From Tubiluchus corallicola (lineage: Eukaryota > Animalia > Priapulida): DNA of 26,848 nucleotides. This document shows positions 12,601 to 21,600 of the stretch, piece after piece. How positions within the stretch are numbered: the stretch's first letter is position 1; each line of letters starts with the position of its first letter. The DNA lies in contig JAQGDQ010001493.1 of NCBI GenBank assembly GCA_030141605.1, positions 1-26,848 on the forward strand, read 5' to 3'. The notes under the pieces are model-generated. The model ran no database searches. It was given only the letters and a program-made list of their open reading frames with translations, and was not told where the DNA came from. The translations under genes and the position numbers were made by a program.

Positions 12601-15600
12601 CAGATATTGTGATTTCAGATGCTGTGATTTCAGATATTGTGATTTCAGATGCTGTGATTTCAGATATTGTGATTTCAGATGCTGTGATTTCAGATATTGT
12701 GATTTCAGATATTGTGATTTCAGATATTGTGATTTCAGATATTATGATTTCAGATATTGTGATTTCAGATATTGTGATTTCAGATAATGATTAGATATTG
12801 TGATTTCAGAATGCAAGATATTGTGATTTCAGATAATGATTTTAGATATTGTGATTTCAGATATTGTGATTTCAGATTTTGTGATTTCAGATATTGTGAT
12901 TTCAGATGTTGTGATTTCAGATGTTGTGATTTTAGATATTGTGATTTCAGATAATGTGATTTCAGATGTTGTGATTTCAGATGTTGTGATTTCAGATGTT
13001 GTGATTTCAGATATTGTGATTTCAGATGTTGTGATTTTAGATACTGTTATTTCAAATGTTGTGATTTCAGATATTGTGATTTCAGTTGTTGTTATTTCAC
13101 ATGTTGTGATTTTAGATATTGTGATTTCAGATGTTGTGATTTCAGATATTGTGATTTCAGATGTTGTGATTTCAGATGTTGTGATTTCAGATGTTGTGAT
13201 TTCAGATGTTGTGATTTCAGATATTGTGATTTCAGATGTTGCTATTTTAGATATTGTGATTTCAGATATTGTGATTTCAGATATTGTGATTTCAGATAAT
13301 GATTTTAGATATTGTGATTTCAGATATTGCTATTTTAGATATTGTGATTTCAGATAATGATTTTAGATATTGTGATTTCAGATATTGTGATTTCAGTTTT
13401 TGTGATTTCAGATATTGTGATTTCAGATGTTGTGATTTCAGATGTTGTGATTTTAGATATTGTGATTTCAGATACTGTGATTTCAGATGTTGTGATTTCA
13501 GATGTTGTGATCTTAGATATTGTGATTTCAGATATTGTGATTTCAGTTTTTGTGATTTCAGATATTGTGATTTCAGATGTTGTGATTTCAGATGTTGTGA
13601 TTTTAGATATTGTGATTTCAGATGCTGTGATTTCAGATGTTGTGATTTCAGATGTTGTGATTTTAGATATTGTGATTTCAGATGTTGTGATTTCAGATAT
13701 TGTGATTTCAGATGTTGTGATTTCAGATGTTGTGATTTCAGATGTTGTGATTTCAGATGTTGTGATTTCAGATATTGTGATTTCAGATGTTGTGATTTTA
13801 GATACTGTTATTTCAAATGTTGTGATTTCAGATATTGTGATTTCAGTTGTTGTTATTTCAGATGTTGTGATTTCAAATGCTGTGATTTCAGATGTTGTGA
13901 TTTCAGATGTGATTTCAGATATTGTGATTTTAAATATTGTGATTCCAGATATTGCAACAAGAAGCTCGTCTTCAAGAGGCCTGTGAGTCAAATTCGCATC
14001 TACAAGAGCGCTTGGATGGCATGATCCTGCGCTTGTCCAATAACAGTTTTGAGACTAGTCCGTCCTTGTATAGTGAAATACGGTCCGTGTCTGGTTCACG
14101 CCCAATGACGTCAAGACCACATAATCTCAAACTTTCATCTAAGGTAGGAGCTTTCACTTTTTCACATATCACACGTATCAAAATCTTTAAGATGTGTTTA
14201 AAATGGCATTACAAGGTATTAGATGGCCAAAGAAAATTTCAAACAAAGATCTATATGAAAAAATAAAAGAAAAGAAGAACCTTGGACAAGAAAATAAAAA
14301 GACGCCGTTTAAGATGGATTGGACACATGCTTAGACTACCTGATGATATTCCAGTGAAGATAGCTCTTCAACAAGCCATAGAACCAGCTAAAAAACCTGC
14401 AGGATGACAAATGTTAACATATTTAGATTTTGCACAGAAAGATTTAAACACTTCAACATTGATCCTTAGAAATAAATCCACTTGGGGCATTGCAGCATGT
14501 AGGGAGTCCTGGCGTAGGGAGGTGAGCAGAATCATGTCCCTGGACAAGTGATTCATTGAAGAAGAAAGGAAGAAGAACATGGTGCTTCTTTGTCACACTA
14601 CAACAAAACCTTTTGCCATAAATTTTAACACTGTTTTTGTAACGTCTTGCCATTTCTAAAATTCAATAAGTCGGCGTTCCGAGTCATAAAACACGTTTGG
14701 ATCACTAACTCGAATGTGGTGCTTTCACATTTCAGACCAATCCTCAGTCTTCCAGACTGAGTCGTCCAGAATTCCGTCCAACTGACTCCTCTGTGATGTG
14801 CAGCACAGACATGGAGGAAGACATCGAATGCGATGGTGAGGATGAGTTCACGATGGGCATGGCCGAGTTCTCACCACCAATTAATTGCCACGGTATACTC
14901 CAATTCAGAGATGATGTCCAGGAAAATTATGAGGTAACCTTTGCGAAAATAAAATCCATATGTTGTCAAAAGTCAAGTGACGTAAGTAGTATTAAGCACA
15001 ACATATGTTCTATAAAGATACCCACTGTGCAGTGGCTAAAATTAGCGGGGATGCTGCTTCAGAAAATTTTTAGTCATTTAACTGTGCAAAATGAAACAGA
15101 CATATGCAATTTTTATGTTGTAGTTTGTAATTGTAATTTCAAATGAAATAATGTAATAATTGAAAGTTGATACATAAAATTGATAAAATCATAAACAAAA
15201 AATATTGTTTGCTTATTAATAGCTTAAATTGTTGCAGTTCAACCTTTGAAACATTCACGGTAAGCACGTGACAACTGACAACAAACTGTATGAGCAACAG
15301 TACTTTCTCTACTTGGGCTCAAACATGTGCACATGGCCGCATGCACACAACAGCCAGATACCACATGCTGGAGCTCACTGTGCTCTGCTGTGAAGCAAAC
15401 AATACTATCGTCACGTGCTCTGATTCCGTATAAAGAAAGAACTAAAGAAAAAAGACAAATTATATTGAATACTATTGATAATATTGAGTGAAAATAGGGG
15501 GTGCTGCAATTCCACAGTGCCTATATGTGAGCTGCCACTGCCACTGTGTTGTCTAGCTTTCAGAATCACTCATTACAGACTGCAAATTGCCAATTACCAA

Positions 15601-18600
15601 ATATAAGGTAATACAAAACTACAAAAGTACTAACTAAAAATCTTAAAATATTTATTATCGCTGTAATGTAAGATAGTCTTATGAACTGATTGGGTTGTTA
15701 TGATGAGGTTAAAGCTTTCTGGCTAGGTCCTATGATGAGGTTAAAGCTTTCTGGCTAGGTCCTTATGATGACGTTAAAGCTTTCTGGCTAGGTCCTATGA
15801 TGAGGTTAAAGCTTTCTGGCTAGGTCCTTATGATGACGTTAAAGCTTTCTGGCTAGGTCCTATGATGAGGTTAAAGCTTTCTGGCTAGGTCCTTATGATG
15901 ACGTTAAAGCTTTCTGGCTAGGTCCTTATGATGCGGTTAAAGCTTTCTGTCTAGGTCCTTATGATGACGTTAAAGCTTTCTGGCTAGGTCCTTATGATGA
16001 GGTTAAAGCTTTCTGGCTAGGTCCTTATGATGAGGTTAAAGCTTTCTGGCTAGGTCCTTGTGATGAGGTTAAAGCTTTCTGGCTAGGTCCTTATGATGAG
16101 GTTAAAGCTTTCTGGCTAGGTCCTTATGATGAGGTTAAAGCTTTCTGGCTAGGTCCTTATGATGGGATTAAGCGCTTTGCCCAGTTAAATGTTTCACCAA
16201 GTAACTCTCTTTTCCCCCCGAAAGACTAAAACTGCTCCTTTTTTTATTAATATTAGCTCAAAGAAGAAATATCTGCAGCCTACAAGCATGTCAGGAACCT
16301 GTGCGAGTATCTCAAACAGTCGAGGCACCAGTGTTCAGACAGTGGCATAGGGGAGGGTTCAAACTCTGATGACAGCGAAGCCGACATACGCACCAGAAAG
16401 TTACGAGGAATGTTGCATGAACTAGAGACACTGATACACGATACATTCAGTGATCACATAAAGGTAAGCATTGCAAGAATGTTTCAGTGCTGGAAAAGAA
16501 CCAGAAAGTTGCAAGGAGTGTTGCATGAACTAGAGACACTGATACACGATACATTCAGTGATCACATAAAGGTAAGCATTGCAAGAATGTTTTAGTGCTG
16601 GAAAAGAACCAGAAAGTATCAAGGAGTGTTGCATGAACTAGAGACGCTGATACACGATACATTCAGTGATCACATAAAGGTAAGCATTGCAAGAATGTTT
16701 CAGTGCTGGAAAAGAACCAGAAAGTTGCAAGGAGTGTTGCAGGAACTAGAGATGCTGATACACGATACATTCAGTGATCAGATAAAGGTAAGCATTGCAA
16801 GAATGTTCTAGTGCTGGAAAAGAACCAGAAAGTATCAAGGAGTGTTGCATGAACTAGAGACGCTGATGCACGATACATTCAGTGATCACATAAAGGTAAG
16901 CATTGCAAGAATGTTCTAGTGCTGGAAAAGAACCAGAAAGTATCAAGGAGTGTTGCATGAACTAGAGACGCTGATACACGATACATTCAGTGATCACATA
17001 AAGGTAAGCATTGCAAGAATGTTTCAGTGCTGGAAAAGAACCAGAAAGTTGCAAGGAGTGTTGCATGAACTAGAGACACTGATACACGATACATTCAGTG
17101 ATCACATAAAGGTAAGCATTGCAAGAACGTTTTAGTGCTGGAAAAGAACCAGAAAGTATCAAGGAGTGTTGCATGAACTAGAGACGCTGATGCACGATAC
17201 ATTCAGTGATCACATAAAGGTAAGCATTGCAAGAACGTTTTAGTGCTGGAAAAGAACCAGAAAGTTGCAAGGAGTGTTGCAGGAACTAGAGACGCTGATA
17301 CACGATACATTCAGTGATCACATAAAGGCAAGCATTGCAAGAACGTTTTAGTGCTGGAAAAGAACCAGAAAGTTGCAAGGAGTGTTGCAGGAACTAGAGA
17401 CGCTGATACACGATACATTCAGTGATCACATAAAGGTAAGCATTGCAAGAATGTTCCAGTGCTGGAAAAGAATTAGTTACAGAAAGAGAACCAAATGTTT
17501 GGGAGTTTTCAACACATTTCTCCACAACTCAATAAAAAGTGTATGATAATTTCCTTGAACGTATGTAGAGTAATTTCTTTGAACGTATGTAGAGTAATTT
17601 CTTTGAACGTATGTAGAGTAATTTCTATGTAGAGTAAATTTCTTTTAGATGAACATTTTCAAATCACGGTGTTTGTCAAGTTTGCAATATTTGTCCTTGC
17701 AGCATAAAAAAGAGGAGCAGTGTTTGTCAAGTTTGCAATATTTGACATTGCAGCATAAAGAAGAGGAACAGTGTTTGTCAAGTTTGCAATATTTGTCCTT
17801 GCAGCATAAAGAAGAGGAGCAGTGTTTGTCAAGTTTGCAATATTTGTCCTTGCAGCATAAAAAAGAGGAGCAGTGTTTGTCAAGTTTGCAATATTTGTCT
17901 TTGCAGCACAAAAAAGAGGAGCAGTGTTTGTCAAGTTTGCAATATTTGTCTTTGCAACATAAAAAAGAGGAGCAGTGTTTGTCAAGTTTGCTATATTTGT
18001 CTTTGCAGCATAAAAAAGAGGAGCAGGAGATCGAAGACGATGTGTCAGAGCACCCAACGAGATGTATCGCACTCAAATCGCAAATCAAACACATGCACGA
18101 TGAGTTGACAGATCTTCGGAAAGAACTCAAGGAGAGGAAGATGAAAAATGAATTACAAGAAAAAGAACTGCAAAGGAAAAATGACGAAATGATGCGACTG
18201 ACTGATAGGGTGAGTCTATTGCTGTTACATGTAGTAATGTAATTGAGAAATATCGATGCTGTTTTTACGTTTGAATCAAATGACAGTCAATAACAAATGT
18301 TGACAAAGATTTGTGTTTTTAATGGACAAAAAGCACTAGCTAGGTAAAGGCTTACTCCGTTAATGCTTAATTGCGAGTAGGTACGAATCTTGCCACGTAA
18401 ACAGTTAGTTGTTGTACATAAGTATAGTAATCTTGAACAATTATTAGACTACTATACACATAATATATGTGTTGTAATATATATACCCATATATATAAAT
18501 TCATCGCCATTAATAGTTAGTTGAATATTGTAACTTCAGTATAGATGGTGTCCCATTAGTTTTCATGGCATGCAGTGGGTCGTAAAACAACGCATACAAC

Positions 18601-21600
18601 CAGCTAGGGGATCCGGAAGAGGGCTGTAAGCTTGTAAGCTAGTTAATGATTACTTATTATTATTAGAAATATTTACAACTGCTTTTCACTTTTTTTTGAA
18701 AATGAGAAGGCATGCATTGAGTGTGTTGCATGCATGGACTGCACTCCACTGGTGTTTGAATACATATCTTGTCCCATCTATAGTTAATTCCTGTGATTAG
18801 TTATAAATCTGCACTCCACTGATGTTTGGACACATATCTTGTCCCGCCTATAGATAACTCCTGTGATTAGTTATAAATCTGCACTCCACTGATGTTTGGA
18901 CACATATCTTGTCCCATCTATAGATAATTCCTGTGATTAGTTATAAATCTGCACTCCACTGGTGTTTGGATACATATCTTGTCCCATCTATAGATAACTC
19001 CTGTGATTAGTTATAAATCTGCACTCCACTGGTGTTTGGATACATATCTTGTCCCATCTATAGATAATTCCTGTGATTAGTTATAAATCTGCACTCCACT
19101 GATGTTTGGATACATATCTTGTCCCATCTATAGATAATTCTGTGATTAGTTATAAATCTGCACTCCACTGGTGTTTGGATACATATCTTGTCCCATCTAT
19201 AGATAATTCTGTGATTAGTTATAAATCTGCACTCCACTGGTGTTTGGACACATATCTTGTCCCATCTATAGATAATTCCTGTGATTAGTTATAAATCTGC
19301 ACTCCACTGGTGTTTGGATACATATCTTGTCCCATCTATAGATAATTCCTGTGATTAGTTATAAATCTGCACTCCACTGATGTTTGGACACATATCTTGT
19401 CCCATCTATAGATAACTCCTGTGATTAGTTATAAATCTGCACTCCACTGGTGTTTGGATACATATCTTGTCCCATCTATAGATAATTCTGTGATTAGTTA
19501 TAAATCTGCACTCCACTGGTGTTTGGATACATATCTTGTCTCATCTATAGATAATTCTGTGATTAGTTATAAATCTGCACTCCACTGGTGTTTGGACACA
19601 TATCTTGTCTCATCTATAGATAATTCTGTGATTAGTTATAAATCTGCACTCCACTGGTGTTTGGACACATATCTTGTCTCATCTATAGATAATTCTGTGA
19701 TTAGTTATAAATCTGCACTCCACTGGTGTTTGGACACATATCTTGTCCCATCTATAGATAACTCCTGTGATTAGTTATAAATCTGCACTCCACTGGTGTT
19801 TGGATACATATCTTGTCCCATCTATAGATAATTCCTGTGATTAGTTATAAATCTGCACTCCACTGATGTTTGGACACATATCTTGTCCCATCTATAGATA
19901 ACTCCTGTGATTAGTTATAAATCTGCACTCCACTGATGTTTGGACACATATCTTGTCCCATCTATAGATAATTCCTGTGATTAGTTATAAATCTCGACCC
20001 ATTAACAGCTGGTTATATGTGATTATAATTTTGTTCCATTAATAATTAATTGTTGTGAGTGGGTAGATAAATTTTGCTTCATTAGTAGTTAGTCGTTGTC
20101 CTTGCATATAAATGCTGCCTTATTAATTGTCAGTTTTTTTATTTTTGCATAAATTTTGCCTCATTAATAGTTAGTTGTCTTGCTGGGTATTGTTTTACTC
20201 CCAGTCCGTAAGGACATCCCCATCCCTATCTCTATCCCTATCCCTAGTCCCGTCCCATAGGACCAAAGGGTGGCTTTCAGTGATGAGAGTAAGCACATAC
20301 TGAATTTCAATTTTCAAAACAGCTTCTAATTCCTGTTTGTACCTACTGCATGAGCTTTATTAACGATTTGATCCATAAAAAACTGCGTCAACGTGCTTTT
20401 CTATCATTTTCAGCTTTCGGAACAGCAGCAGAATATTTCACGATTACAGTTGGAGAAAGACAGACTTATGGATGATGCACTCAGAGACAAGGGAGAACTG
20501 ACAAAGGATGAAGTTCTTCAACAAACGAGATGTGATAGAGACACGCTACTAGAAAAGTGAGTAGAACTTCTCACCACTGTTATGTATTAATGCGTTAGAG
20601 CGCATTGTAAATAAAGTAGTTCGGCAACACGTATAATGGTGTACTGTGTTTCGTTATTTCTACTAGATAGAAATCCAGGTACATCAACATGAAACAGCCA
20701 CAAAAATGAGGTGACACGTGGTAATAGATTTACCTAACTTCTGTTTGATTCTGTTTGTAATTCTTTACAGGCAGCAACATCAGGAGAACTCTTTGCCTTT
20801 AATTTGTCCTTGGACTAATTGATTAAGTTGGGTTAATAATTAATGTGGAACTGTGTAATTAGCTTATTAGCTGTTTTAGCATCAAGCCAATTTAGACAAT
20901 GATGCCAAGGCTTTTGAGATCTTTGTTGTTTCACGCGATTATTTACAATAACATTTTACATACCTAATACACTTTAAATTATGTAGTACATCTCAAAATT
21001 ATGTAGTATATCTCGAGAATTATGTAGTACATCTCGAGAAATATATAGTGCACATTAAAATTATGTAGTACATGAACTGCAGTGTTAGTTTCTGACGACA
21101 TAAAATATAAAGCTTATTTTTCATGACATCATGGTTTTAAACAGTACTGAAACACTTATGCAAATGTGCTTGATGCGCAAGGGAAGACGCCTGCCATTGC
21201 ACAAACTGTGGTTAGTTTGTGACGTAAACGATATCTGTGTTCGATTGCCGTTAATTAACTTTCCAAGCTAATTATTCAATTATAAGAAAAAATTGCTAAC
21301 TTTTATAGACAAGAAAATGTATATTTCGGACAGTAAATTAAAATGTGATTGAGTCAAAACAATCGTCTGGTTTTCTTTTAGTCTACTTGTCATATTATTC
21401 ATCCTTTATTCGTATAAAACTTTTATATATGGTACGCCTTTTCCTTTTTCTCAGATACAATGAATTAGAAAAAGATCATGTGAAGTTAAGACTGGACATG
21501 GTCAAACTGGACAGTCAACTGCTAGAAGCAATACAACAGAAAGTTGCTTTATCGAGAGAAATTGAAGACTGGGAGGTAAAGAGTTAAATTTCAAAACTGA

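Noticed and set aside
12011-14024. Long ORFs of CDFRY / ISDIV / SEITT pentapeptide repeats
   Set aside because: These are translations of the 15-bp intronic array. The frame actually used by the adjoining exon has a stop in nearly every unit.
15698-16164. Box C/D snoRNA array (ATGATGA in each unit)
   Set aside because: No box D (CTGA) or terminal stem in the 33-bp unit.
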